Of a stretch of 64,000 bases of DNA, positions 23,101 through 33,522 are shown one piece after another (within the stretch, counting starts at the first letter, position 1; each line of letters starts with the position of its first letter). The position numbers and the translations under genes were made by a program. Under the pieces are notes generated by a model. It had not been told where the DNA came from. It searched no databases and saw only the letters and a list, made by a program, of their open reading frames with translations. Origin of the DNA: Cladosporium halotolerans (taxonomy: Eukaryota); the NCBI RefSeq assembly GCF_011745625.1, contig NW_027191452.1, positions 496,001 to 560,000 of the forward strand, read 5' to 3'.

Positions 23101-23705
23101 TTTGTGTCACAGGGTGAGATTTCCATGCAAGCGCTGCGATGTACAGCACCCGTTGACTCAGCTTGGATGATTTTGCCCCGGCGCCCGCCATTGCAAAAGG
23201 GACCGAAGGAAATGTGTTCGCTTCTGAACAACCACTGTGCGAGCGTGTCACGAGCTTGAGAGGTCCGAGCCGACGGTTGCTGGGCTTCCAGGCTGTGCAA
23301 AAAGCAGGTTGCGAAGTATCGGGTGTACAAGCGTTTGGGCACGTTTGGTAGTGGTTTCATCCAGTCAGCGCGAGAAGTGGCGGCCGGCCGTCTCGGCTTC
23401 TCCGCATTTGTTTGGGAGGGCTGGTGGAATGGAGCGGAGCAGTCACCGCGCGCCGCTCAGAGCCGAAGATAGCGTACAGGACAATCGTACCGCTGGCCAC
23501 GCCATCAGCTGCTGCCAGGCCTGTGCCGCCCGATTCCATACCTCGCCTGTGCCCTTTCGCCGTTGACAGATCCTGTGCGAAAGCGACAGTGCTGCGCCCG
23601 CCGTTGCGTGCACCGACTATGGCGCCTTATACCACCTGACTGCCCTCCTCTGCGACACCGCAGTCTTGCTCTTCGTCCCATACCCCACGTCGGCGCCGTG
23701 CCACC

Positions 23706-25398
23706 ATGACTATGGCTCATGTGCGCATGTGGTTGGCAGGCTTGATGCTGCTGGCCGTCCACCACAGCACTGCCCAAACGATTGTTGCGACTAATTCCAC
23801 GCCGTCGGATTCGTCGGCTCAGAGAGATACGTCTTTAACCATATCACGCAACGATGACATGGTTCCACTGGCGCCAGTGCTGCCGCTCACAAACGGCGCC
23901 GTGGACGACATACCGGTACGATGCGCTTATCAGATGCCGTAAGCTGCTTGACATTCACTGATCGTCTCTTTCAATGTAGCCGACCGGCCTTTCTGGAAAA
24001 GTCGTCGACGTGAACCCAAGCAACCAACTCGACGTCGAGTCCGACGAGGTCGCCCTCATATCATGTGACGGCAGCGACTACCCGGGCAACATCGACCAGT
24101 CCGACGTCTTCCTCCGCGCCGTGAGCCGCAATGTCACAGCCGTGCTTTTCTACTCGCGACAGGCCGACTACTGTCGAACAGAAGGTGATCTAGGCGACTA
24201 CAAATGGGTGTTCAGCATGAAGAGCCGGAACGACACGTCGAACGTGCTCAGCGCGATCGCAGGTGCAAACTCACCCTTATGGGTCACCATTGGAGGACCA
24301 GATTCGCATCAAGGGCAGAGCAGTCCAAATGAGCCCAACGGCAACGGAAGAAACAATGAGCACATGAGTGACGACCCTCAAGGACCGCTAGGGCCCAACC
24401 CGAGTACAGCCGTGGCTATGATTATTCTGTACACCATCACTGGTCTCATTACCGCCCTATTCTTGGTCATCATCATCACCGGAGCTTTGAGGGCACATCG
24501 TCACCCGGAGCGATATGGCCCGCGCGCAATGGTTGGAAGGCCACGGCAGAGCCGTGCTAGAGGTATTGGCAGGGCCATCTTAGATGGTATCCCGATCGTC
24601 AAATTCGGTGAGCGTGAAGAACAAAAGCAGGCAGATGTCGAACTGGGAAGCACCTCCGCGAATCAGGAAACGAACCGAAGTGCAGAGGCTTCTACTGAAG
24701 AACAAACCGCTCAGGGAGTCCCCCACGTCGCAAATCTGGATGGCGCTCCAGGTGAAGACGGCATTGCCGCTGCTGCCGCTGCGAGCGCGGAATCCACCAA
24801 TGCCAACGAGAACGACCACCAAGGCTGCAGTATCTGCACGGAGGACTTCGAGCGAGGCCAGGACCAACGCGTTCTGCCCTGTGACCATCGTTTCCACCCT
24901 GAGTGCATCGATCCTTGGCTCCTAAACGTCTCTGGCACATGTCCACTCTGCCGCGTCGACCTCCGCCCGCAGCCCTCCCGCACATCGCAAGACGTCGATG
25001 CGAACGGCAACCCAGTTCCTCGAGAGGGCGAAGATGAGCTGGGCGGTCTCTCCCCGCCTATCGCAGAGCGTTCGAGCGTGAGGCGCAGCCTAATGATCGG
25101 AATTCTAGGAATTCGCGGGAGACCAGACCACATGAGCAGAGAAGAGCGTATCCTGGCGCTTAGGAGGTACAGAGAGCAGCAAGCGGCTAGGCGAAGACGG
25201 GACTCAAACACGTCGGGCGCTACCGCTGGACAGGTGGGTGACGCCACTGAAGCGCAGGATAGTAGGATACGGTCGAGGATGCGAACCCTGCTGGGCGTCC
25301 GCACCAGAAGAACGGGAGAGCATGATCGAGCAGCTGAGGAGCCGAGCGAACATGGCTCTGGCCCGGTGGATTCGACTGATCAACAGGATCGTGCATGA
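23706..25398 (+). CDS. Signal peptide-PA-like-TM-RING-H2 E3 ubiquitin ligase, 2 exons
   Basis: Phase-0 intron 23916-23979. Signal peptide MWLAGLMLLAVHHSTA, TM AMIILYTITGLITALFLVIIITGAL, RING-H2 CSIC...LPCDHRFHPECIDPWL...CPLC. Confidence 0.88.
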
Positions 25399-25869
25399 GA
25401 TTGAGCCCGAGAAGTTCTCCGGATCTTTTGGCGTTTGGTTTTGTTATAGGAGGGGGTTTTTGATTTTTATTATTCGGAAAAGCATTGCAAGGCGCTCATG
25501 GACGGCCACGGTACGACTTGAAGTTTGATGAACGATATCATGGGTACGTAGGTAGCGCATTGCAACTACCGGTTGTTCGATAAGCTGTCATGTTAGTTTC
25601 AAATTCTTTTGATTTCGGGTTATCGTATCATATATCGTCAATACAAGTATGACAAAATATTCCCTTGGTTTGTCGATGCCTTTGCTCCAACACCGACGCG
25701 ACGCCGTCATCCCGCCAAGCCTTCTCCCCCGAGCCGGAGCCGCAACTTTCCAGATGCGACCTGCGAACTAGCGACTCGAGCAACAGAAACATCGAGCCTG
25801 CCCTCATCATCACTCGCATCACCCACACAACCCTAAACACCACAAAAAATCACACACAACAAATCAAAC

Positions 25870-26282
25870 ATGCCTCCCAAGGGTGTCGCTCGCGCTGGCC
25901 TCGGCCGCCCCGCCCAGTCCAACTCCTACGTCCGCAGCACCATCAACGAGATCACCAACCCGGAGAACAGGAGTGTCGTCATTGCTGTCTCTTTCTTCGC
26001 TGTAAGCATTACGCTGCCCTTGAGATAAGAGCTCGAGAAACCAAGGGCGTTTGGCATCTCAAGGAGAGGTTGCGATAGAGGATATGCGACCCTCCAAGTG
26101 GAGCGAGACAGCCAAGGATATATCGAAACTTTGACCAAGGACAACACTGACATTGTTACTATCACAGGCCGGCGTCGCGTTCCTTCACAGTAGCTGGAGC
26201 GAGGCTCTTCTTCCTCCGTAAGTGCCCTGGCGACCCAAGCGATAACGAAGGGAGTGAGAACTGACTTCGGTCTAGCATCTAA
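25870..26282 (+). CDS. TOM6: Mitochondrial import receptor subunit Tom6 (about 62 aa, 3 exons; absent from the ORF track)
   Basis: Exons 25870-26001, 26168-26217 and 26276-26282 encode MPPKGVARAGLGRPAQSNSYVRSTINEITNPENRSVVIAVSFFAAGVAFLHSSWSEALLPPI, resembling filamentous-fungal Tom6 (TSPENxSVV...FxAxVAFLxSSWxE). Confidence 0.85.
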
Positions 26283-27032
26283 ATCAAGCGCCAGCTTGTG
26301 TACGATAGACTTTCCTTGAGAGACGACAAGGCAATGTACGATACGCGGTCAGGAATTGCGGCGTCCGGGGATGAGAAAAAGACGATTCGGTCATGGCGAG
26401 CGAAGAGCATTAGCGAGGAGTAGGACAACGAAGATCGTCATTCGAGACGGATCACGGCATTTTTGAGGCTCTCGGATAGGTGCCAGGATACCCAGCTCTT
26501 AAATGCATGCATAATCATTTAACACCAAGTCGTGGCCGAGAAAGCTGTTTCCTCGCTCGGATCTTTTGTTTCCATTTGAAGGAGGTTATACTGGCACCGC
26601 GTATACTGGCTCACAAAACATTCCCCCGATTTCAAGCCATACATCATGATACAAGCCCTTGTAACTTGTCACTAATATTGGGAGGCGCCACAACAGATGC
26701 ACCTTCCTGCACGCCCCGCCTTTCACCTGACCAGCTGGCTGCGCCTTGTACAGCGCTGCATCCTCCTCACCGGAAGGCTTACAAGGTACACGTGGTGCTC
26801 AAGCGGCTACTATGCGAACCGTACAGCCTCACCAATCGACATTTCGCAGCTTAACAATTAATCATATGGCGCTGGTTTCCAGCAGCCTCCACCTCTCGGC
26901 TGATTCTTCGTTGGTGGGCATACTCACACTCAAACCGCCGGTGCTCTTGTCCCTTCGATTTGCTTTACGATCGTGGGATAACGTGATGAGCGGCAGGCTT
27001 GAGCCAACCAATCTCAATCACTTCTCAACATC

Positions 27033-28634
27033 ATGTCGGGTCTCGAAGTCGTCGGCATTGTGGCTTCAGTCGTGTCCGCCTTTCACGGCGGTGCTGAACT
27101 CGTCAAGCTATACAAAAAGCGCCGCGCGAACAAGCGCGAAAAGCGAGAGCGACTTGAACGTGATGCGCAAGAGCAAGATCTGCAAGACGCGCAAGATCAG
27201 TTGTTGCAGAACATGCTGCACGATTCGTTGGAACAAGGTAGGGCTGCCGTGAGCACCCAATTTCTGGACGAGCAACGAGCGCTTGGGCGAAACAGCCAGC
27301 TGCTACGGCGCGGAGACGACAAAGCAAAACAGGAGCTGCTTATGATTGCGGTGTCACTCCAGGCAGAAGTCATCGAGTCACTGGGTCGCGCGCAGCACAA
27401 CCTCGACATCATCGTGAACATGGCGCAGCTGCAGGTCTTGCACGAAACGGCGATCACGAAGAGGGTGGAAGCCGTCAGGGGCATCTGCGAATTGCGGCAG
27501 AGGATAGAATTCAGCCTGCCGATACCGCGATTGTCTGCAGACATGTATTTCGGCGTCAGCAGGAGGAGCTCGAATGGATCTCTGGCGAACACATTTGTTA
27601 CCGCTGCCGCCAATCTAGCTATCCCTGAGCAGATGGCCCAGAGGCACCTCCCAGCTCGTCTGGCTCCGGAACGACATCGGTCTATGATGACTCTGTCTTC
27701 TTACAAGTATCTCATTCCGGAGATCAGAGTTCAGGATATTGAGATATTGACCCTTGCTGGCGAGCCCATAGACCACGATTACGGCGAATCTCCAAATTTG
27801 CCTACAACCACAAATCAGCAGATGCTGTTGACGGAACCAAACCCGACAAGCACTTCATCGTCCTCGTCGATGGCAATGCCTGAGTCTCACGTCATCGCCC
27901 ACCCATTTGAGGTCAATGATCCTTACTATATCACTGGTGTTATCCCTGAATTGCCCGAAGACCCCAACTCACCAGAATCCCACCGAATATCATCTCTCTC
28001 GCCCATCGCCTCTCACACCACAGGCTATACCTCACCTTCCGAACTCCGCTCCTCACTTGAAGCCCCAATCTCAGAGCCTGACTCCGCCATCTCCCTGCGC
28101 TCCAACGACCAGCAAAAGCCCTACTGCAGTGGCGCCCTCGCCGCGCAAGACTCCTTCCCCGAAGGCATCGCACTCCACCACCTCCCGATCCTCCCAGGGT
28201 CGACGAAACTGCACCCGAGCTGGAAGTGCATGGCGTGCGACTTCAACTTCTCCGACAGCGACGGCGCGCTCTTCTCGCGCATCATCTTTGCACACGGCGT
28301 GCGCTTCCGCTTCCCTTTCCTCGCGCGCAGCCACGTACGCTATAAACACCCGCCCGACGACCTCAAGCCGCACTACACTTACGGGTGCCTATTCTGCACG
28401 GCAGAGGGCAGGCGGAGCGGCGTTCATGGGAGTGCGGACGCGCTGGCGGCGCATGTTGTCGCGAAGCATCGTACGAATCTGACGCCGGAGGTGAGGGCGA
28501 GGACGAGATGTGTTGTTGGGAGGGTGGCGGGGAAGGAGGAAGGGTGGGATTTTAATCTGACGCAGGTCACGAGCAGGAGTGGCGCGGGAGTGGGGAGGTG
28601 GGTGTTGCGGGCGGTTACTTCTTTGCCTACTTGA
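27033..28634 (+). CDS. Fungal hypothetical protein: hydrophobic N-terminal helix plus coiled coil, C-terminal Cys/His domain
   Basis: 533-aa ORF with MSGLEVVGIVASVVSAF, WKCMACDF, FLARSH and YGCLFC...H...HV..KH. Confidence 0.75.
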   Translation: MSGLEVVGIVASVVSAFHGGAELVKLYKKRRANKREKRERLERDAQEQDLQDAQDQLLQNMLHDSLEQGRAAVSTQFLDEQRALGRNSQLLRRGDDKAKQELLMIAVSLQAEVIESLGRAQHNLDIIVNMAQLQVLHETAITKRVEAVRGICELRQRIEFSLPIPRLSADMYFGVSRRSSNGSLANTFVTAAANLAIPEQMAQRHLPARLAPERHRSMMTLSSYKYLIPEIRVQDIEILTLAGEPIDHDYGESPNLPTTTNQQMLLTEPNPTSTSSSSSMAMPESHVIAHPFEVNDPYYITGVIPELPEDPNSPESHRISSLSPIASHTTGYTSPSELRSSLEAPISEPDSAISLRSNDQQKPYCSGALAAQDSFPEGIALHHLPILPGSTKLHPSWKCMACDFNFSDSDGALFSRIIFAHGVRFRFPFLARSHVRYKHPPDDLKPHYTYGCLFCTAEGRRSGVHGSADALAAHVVAKHRTNLTPEVRARTRCVVGRVAGKEEGWDFNLTQVTSRSGAGVGRWVLRAVTSLPT

Positions 28635-28902
28635 TTGAAATGAGGGGACCGGACCTTCGCAAAATGAGAGAGATTGTAATGAATGACAAATGTTTTGAGG
28701 GTTTTAATGGTATTTTGCGTATTACTCATGTCTAAAGAATACTGTATCAAGAAAGGAAACGCGATGGATTGTGAACGACCTCATTCAAGCAGAACAGCCG
28801 AACGCAAACGCCTGGAGAGCAGAGCCGAGCATTTCAACATTTTGTCTCGTGCCCAGAAACCACCAACTCGTCTTGGTCGTTGCAGGTGTCCTTGTTAACG
28901 TC

Positions 28903-29025
28903 GTGCAGCTGGTTGTCACCTTTGACTTGCCAGCGACCGTCCATGTCCAAGTTGTGCAGCTGGTTGTCACCTTGGGCTTGCCAGCGGCCATCCATGTCCA
29001 CGTAGTGCAGCTCGTGGTGCCCCTG
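28903..29025. repeat. 51-bp tandem repeat, about 2.4 diverged copies
   Basis: GTGCAGCTGGTTGTCACC at 28903 and 28954, GTGCAGCTCGTGGTGCCC at 29005; spacing is exactly 51. Confidence 0.9.
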
Positions 29026-29080
29026 TTCGCTAGCGAATATTGCTCGAAGCACACAGTGAATTTCAGCTCGCGGATCACAC

Positions 29081-30046
29081 TCAATAGCGAATGCCCTCGC
29101 GTCTGCACCAGAGCGCTGGATCCATGCCCTCGGCGCGAGCCTGCTGCTCAATCCACCTCAGCCTGCTGGGCCCAGCCTCAAAGGCCTCGTAATCCCTCGA
29201 CTGCATCGGGCGGGCGGAATTGTACTTGGGCCTAATCTCCAGGCCGCGGATGCTCTTGGCCTTCGGCGCGGGCATGATGGCTTTGAAGCAGCTGCCGGCT
29301 GCCTCCCTTACAGCGCTCTTTGCCTTGTCGGCGAGAGCGCGGATCTTTGCACCGCGCGTCGCTTCTCTGCCGCGACGCTGCGAGACCTGCTCGCGGATGC
29401 GCCGGCAATTCCCCAGGTTGAAGGAGTTGATGTGGTTGAGTCTGTATCCCCACGGCTCGACATCACCGCGAGTGTTGCCGGCGGGGGAGGTAGCAGGACG
29501 AGCAGCGGCTGTGGCGGGCGCATCACCAGAGGCACGCGTCAGGGTGTGACCAAAAGTGACCCTAGGCATTAGGACAGGGCTGTTGGAGCTGCTACCAGAG
29601 GCCACAGGAGCAGAGAGGCGCTGACGCGCGATTTCGATCGAGTTGCGGAAAACAAAGTTATCCTCGGACGGGTCAGAGGAGCCAATGCTGCTCTCCTCGG
29701 CAGCTGCATCTGACCTCTTATCTTGTTCCGTCTCGTTGAGGTCCAGAAAGCTAATGCTGCTCTGATAGGTGGCAGCAACCGAGGTGTTGTCCACATTGTC
29801 GTCGTTGTCTTTGTTGTCCTCATTGTTCGCGTTGTCATCGATGTCCTCTTTGTCCTCACTGGACCCATTGTTTCCATTGATCTCAATGTCCTCACCGGAC
29901 AAAGCTTCGTGAGAGGCCATGCGCTCGCGAGCGATTTCGATGGAGTCGCGAAATGCGAACCCCTCCATGAGGTAGGCGGGAAGGTTGTCGCTGCTGGCGA
30001 TGGAAGCAGCACGAGCGGCAGAGGCAGCAGAATACATGGTAGACAT
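29081..30046 (-). CDS. Orphan low-complexity protein with a duplicated 16-aa motif
   Basis: 321-aa ATG-initiated ORF with codon-like bias and an Asp/Asn-rich tract; FAFRDSIEIARERMAS and FVFRNSIEIARQRLSA. Confidence 0.7.
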   Translation of the reverse strand: MSTMYSAASAARAASIASSDNLPAYLMEGFAFRDSIEIARERMASHEALSGEDIEINGNNGSSEDKEDIDDNANNEDNKDNDDNVDNTSVAATYQSSISFLDLNETEQDKRSDAAAEESSIGSSDPSEDNFVFRNSIEIARQRLSAPVASGSSSNSPVLMPRVTFGHTLTRASGDAPATAAARPATSPAGNTRGDVEPWGYRLNHINSFNLGNCRRIREQVSQRRGREATRGAKIRALADKAKSAVREAAGSCFKAIMPAPKAKSIRGLEIRPKYNSARPMQSRDYEAFEAGPSRLRWIEQQARAEGMDPALWCRREGIRY

Positions 30047-30980
30047 GTTGACTTGGTGTGGGTTTATGCCTTGATGGATTGTTTAATGGTTGACTGGTGG
30101 TATGGCCTTTGACTTGGTTTGTAGCTTGGGTGCTGGCAGTGGCGAAGGGCTGACTATGACTGTAAGATGTCTCTCTGAGATGGGGATGCAAGATGGGGAA
30201 ACGACCGTTTCCTATATTCCCAGGGCGCGGCCAGAGAATATTCGAAGTGTCCTCAATGGGGTGTGAGGACCGTCCTCATACCAAACCTACCAGGCCCAAT
30301 ACCATCGCGCGCCGCCACAAGCATTGCTAAAGCATCGCTGAGATAGCATGACCAGACTGTGAGGACAGATTGACAAAAGACTGAATATATGCATTGACCG
30401 TCAGTCGTCGCCCTTGGACAATGAAGCATGCCATTGAGAGCATTTGCGTTCGTCCTAGCCATGTCTGCCTGAGCTCGTATCCTCACTTTGGGACGCCTAG
30501 GAAGTCACGTGTGCCTCCCAGAAAGCGTGTCCCAGCAGTTCCTGCTGCAGATACTCTCGCCGGCCTCGACCAAGCCCTCTGTGCTGCTATAATCATACGT
30601 CGTAACTCGTCTGCGCGTTCCATATTCTGGGAGGTCAGTCCGCTTGAGAAACCTCGATTTATCCAGTAACACGAAGGTGAACCGGTGCAGGTTGAGCATC
30701 TATCATTATGCCTCGCAACATCATCATGGTATGTTGCCAGTGAGAGCGCTCGAGGCTCCTGCAATCGGTATCCCTGTATCGGAGCACTCACCTGACCATT
30801 GAGAGCATCGCAATAGCGTTGAAGATTTTCAAATTGAATTGAACTGGGGCGCGTTTTGGTCGGAAACAATTATAGATTCCCTCTTGTGTGGATAACCGCT
30901 GTTTAACCAAAAGGTGATGTCCATGCGCCATGCAAATGCTCCTGAAAAGAAAATACCTGTACGCCCTCGTAATCCACAAT

Positions 30981-31794
30981 CTACATGACGACGCAGCACG
31001 AGTTCTGCTTCTTCGCCTGGGTATAAAACATCTTGCTCGAGGCGCTGAGGTTGTCCGACTTTGCAACAAGGTTGTCGAGCTTCTCGCCTGGAGTTCAAGT
31101 GTCAGCCTCATCCTTGCAATGAACACACGCTTTGTCTTCCCAGACGATACTCACCTCTCTCCAAAGTGCTCTGAATAGCCTTTTGCAGCGCCTCTTTCGT
31201 ATCATTCAGCTCCATCTGAATCTTCATGATGCTGTCACCGTTGTTCGGGTCCTGGAACTCCTTGATGTACCATCCCAAGTGACCCTCCGTCTTGCCAGTC
31301 GCATACTCCTGCAGACCCGCCTTGTTCGACCACGAAGTCTTAGGGAACTTGCTGACGAACTCGTCCAGGATCTTGCTCAGCAGTTGATGCGCGACGAGCT
31401 TGTCATAGTTCTGGTCGGCGACGATGATGCCGGCGCATCCCTCGCTGCGTGCATACACGTGGATGGTGAATTGGTCTTCGGGCTTCGATTGACGGGCTCC
31501 GGCGCGGGTGGACTCAGCGACGCTGCGGTTGATCTCGCGGCCAATCTCGCGGACGCTGTGGTGGGGAGGGGTGTTAGTGGGGTCGGTGAGGGGCGGTGGT
31601 GGTCTTGAATGAAGTGGTCACGCACCTTCCTCTGGTGAATCGAGAGAAGTGCTCATCGATAGTGTCGGTAGCTGCGAGTTCAACGGCGGGCTTGTTATCG
31701 TTCTGCCAGATCTACTCAAGCGGTCAGCGCTGCTCTTGGTGGTTATCACACACTAAGAGACGGTCTCACGCACTCCGATGTATGAGATACCCAT
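30981..31794 (-). CDS. YKT6: Prenylated longin R-SNARE Ykt6, 4 exons, divergent longin domain
   Basis: Introns 31773-31712, 31625-31556 and 31154-31088. [46 protein letters not shown] (di-Cys CaaX). Confidence 0.93.
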
Positions 31795-32190
31795 GATGGC
31801 GGTGTTGTCGCAAATTGCAAGATATCGGTGTTTTGCCTGGAGGTGCTCTGGTGGTCTCTCGTGAGAGCACGCGCGAAAGTGGGGTGTTGTTAGTTTGGAT
31901 GGAACACCGATGGCCTGTGACGTTCTGAGGGGATGCGGTCACAGCGGCGGAGCCGTCGCCTGGGGACTGAACGCAGGTGCCTCTAGGAAGGGGCGGCCCG
32001 TCTGGATCATCCACGTGGTTTGGGAGACAACCTTTGATTCCTCGCCCATTTCAGTGTATCACGGTGCAGTAGACACTGTGAACAGACATCATGCTAAATT
32101 CGGGTATGAGCAATCTCTCTAACCCTGCGTTTGGGACAGCGTACAAAGGCTGCCCGCCTTGTAAAGTCAGCCTGACGCGTTGCGCAGCAC

Positions 32191-32214
32191 AACCCCAACC
32201 CTAACCCTATTAAC
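32191..32214. repeat. Short degenerate telomere-like (CCCTAA) tract
   Basis: AACCCCAACCCTAACCCTATTAAC. Confidence 0.35.
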
Positions 32215-32537
32215 ACTGAGCCGCACACCTCTTGTACTGTTTAGTCATGACAACGTCTGAAACAACGGCTGCGGTGAGGTGGGACAAGCAAAGGGAGTTT
32301 TGCTCTTTATCTCGAGTTATCTGGAGCGAGTATTGCTCAATGCGACAGCATGCTCCATCCAAAGCAACTCGAGTGTCGGGCCGTAGTAAACGCGGCCAAG
32401 ATGTACATTGCGTTGATCAGTCGGCTTTGCAACACAAGTCTTCGGGGTTGGCTTGAATTTTGAATATACATTGATCGTCAAAAACGGTCATTCAGACATA
32501 CGTGTTGCTAACCGACAAAAGCCTTATTCCCCAAGTG

Positions 32538-33522
32538 TCACGCAGCACGCCCGGTCGACCCGCTCACGTCCATCTGGTAACTCTGCAATCGAACGACATG
32601 CCTGATGCCCTCATCGATCAACTGAGTCTGCGGCAACTTGCTTGCCTGCGTGCGCAAATGCTGATTGTAATCATCTAGGACAAGCTTATTGACGTTGATC
32701 TTGCTGACACCCGCCGCAATGCACCTTTGCGTAATGGCATCCGGGAATCCGTTCGTTCCGTGCAAGACTATGCGGAGCCGTCCGGCTGCTTGTCTACTGA
32801 TGGCCTCTAGTCTGTTGATCAAGTTAGCAATCACATGGTACACGCGCTGAGGAGTCCACTCACCTAGGGAAATCCAACTGCGGTCCCTTGGGCCCATACT
32901 CTCCATGCACATTCCCCACAGCCGGCGCCAAAAAGTCAACGCCAGTGGCGATGAAATCCTCAACCTCGTCGGGTGTCGTAAGCACGCCCTCCATACTAGC
33001 AGTATCAGCAACGCCATCCTCGCCCCCCTCGATCCGTCCGGGCTCGGCTTCGGTAGCAATACCGCGAGCATGGCAGTACGCCACGAGCTCTTTCGTCTTC
33101 GCCAAGTTGGCCTCCTTCTCGTGATGCGACATGTCGACCATGATCGAGTCGAACGGCAGTGTGTCCGCTGCCAGGCGCACGAGGGCCTCGTCTTGGCAAT
33201 GGTCGAGGTGGATGGCGATCGGGACGGTTGCGCGGGACGCGGCGTCGGCTGCTGCGCGGACGAGGAGCCCGTCGGTCGCTGTGATGGACCAGGGGAAGAC
33301 TTGGATAATTAGGGGGGAGCGCTTTTCTTCGGCTGATCGGATTACGGCGACTGTTTGTTCGAGGTTGTAGCTGGATAATGGTTAGGTCGAGTTGATTCAA
33401 CTCGGGCGGTTTGGGGGCCCATACACGATGGATGCAACGACACCATATCCTCCTTGTTCCGCGGCCTTGAGGATCTGGACGGTCTTGTTGTTTTCCAGGT
33501 TGTATATTGGTAGTACTGCCAT
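32538..33522 (-). CDS. Class II ketose-bisphosphate aldolase (fructose/tagatose-bisphosphate aldolase-like), 3 exons
   Basis: Introns 33424-33371 and 32863-32812. Metal-binding motifs IAIHLDH, FDSIMVDMS, EAEPGRIEGGEDG, GNVHGEY, IVLHG and KINVN. Confidence 0.92.

Noticed and set aside
28834..29025. Repeat as a Kex2-processed or RiPP precursor, or as a CRISPR-like array
   Set aside because: No signal peptide, no KR/RR sites between units, no neighbouring DUF3328-type gene. Units are contiguous without spacers, and the DNA is eukaryotic.
27033..30046. Possible NLR/amyloid-signalling (HET-s-like) locus formed by the MSGLE protein and the 17-aa repeat
   Set aside because: There is no NACHT/NB-ARC gene in the window, and the repeat lacks a convincing HET-s/PP/RHIM consensus. 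The parts are kept only as separate low-confidence observations.
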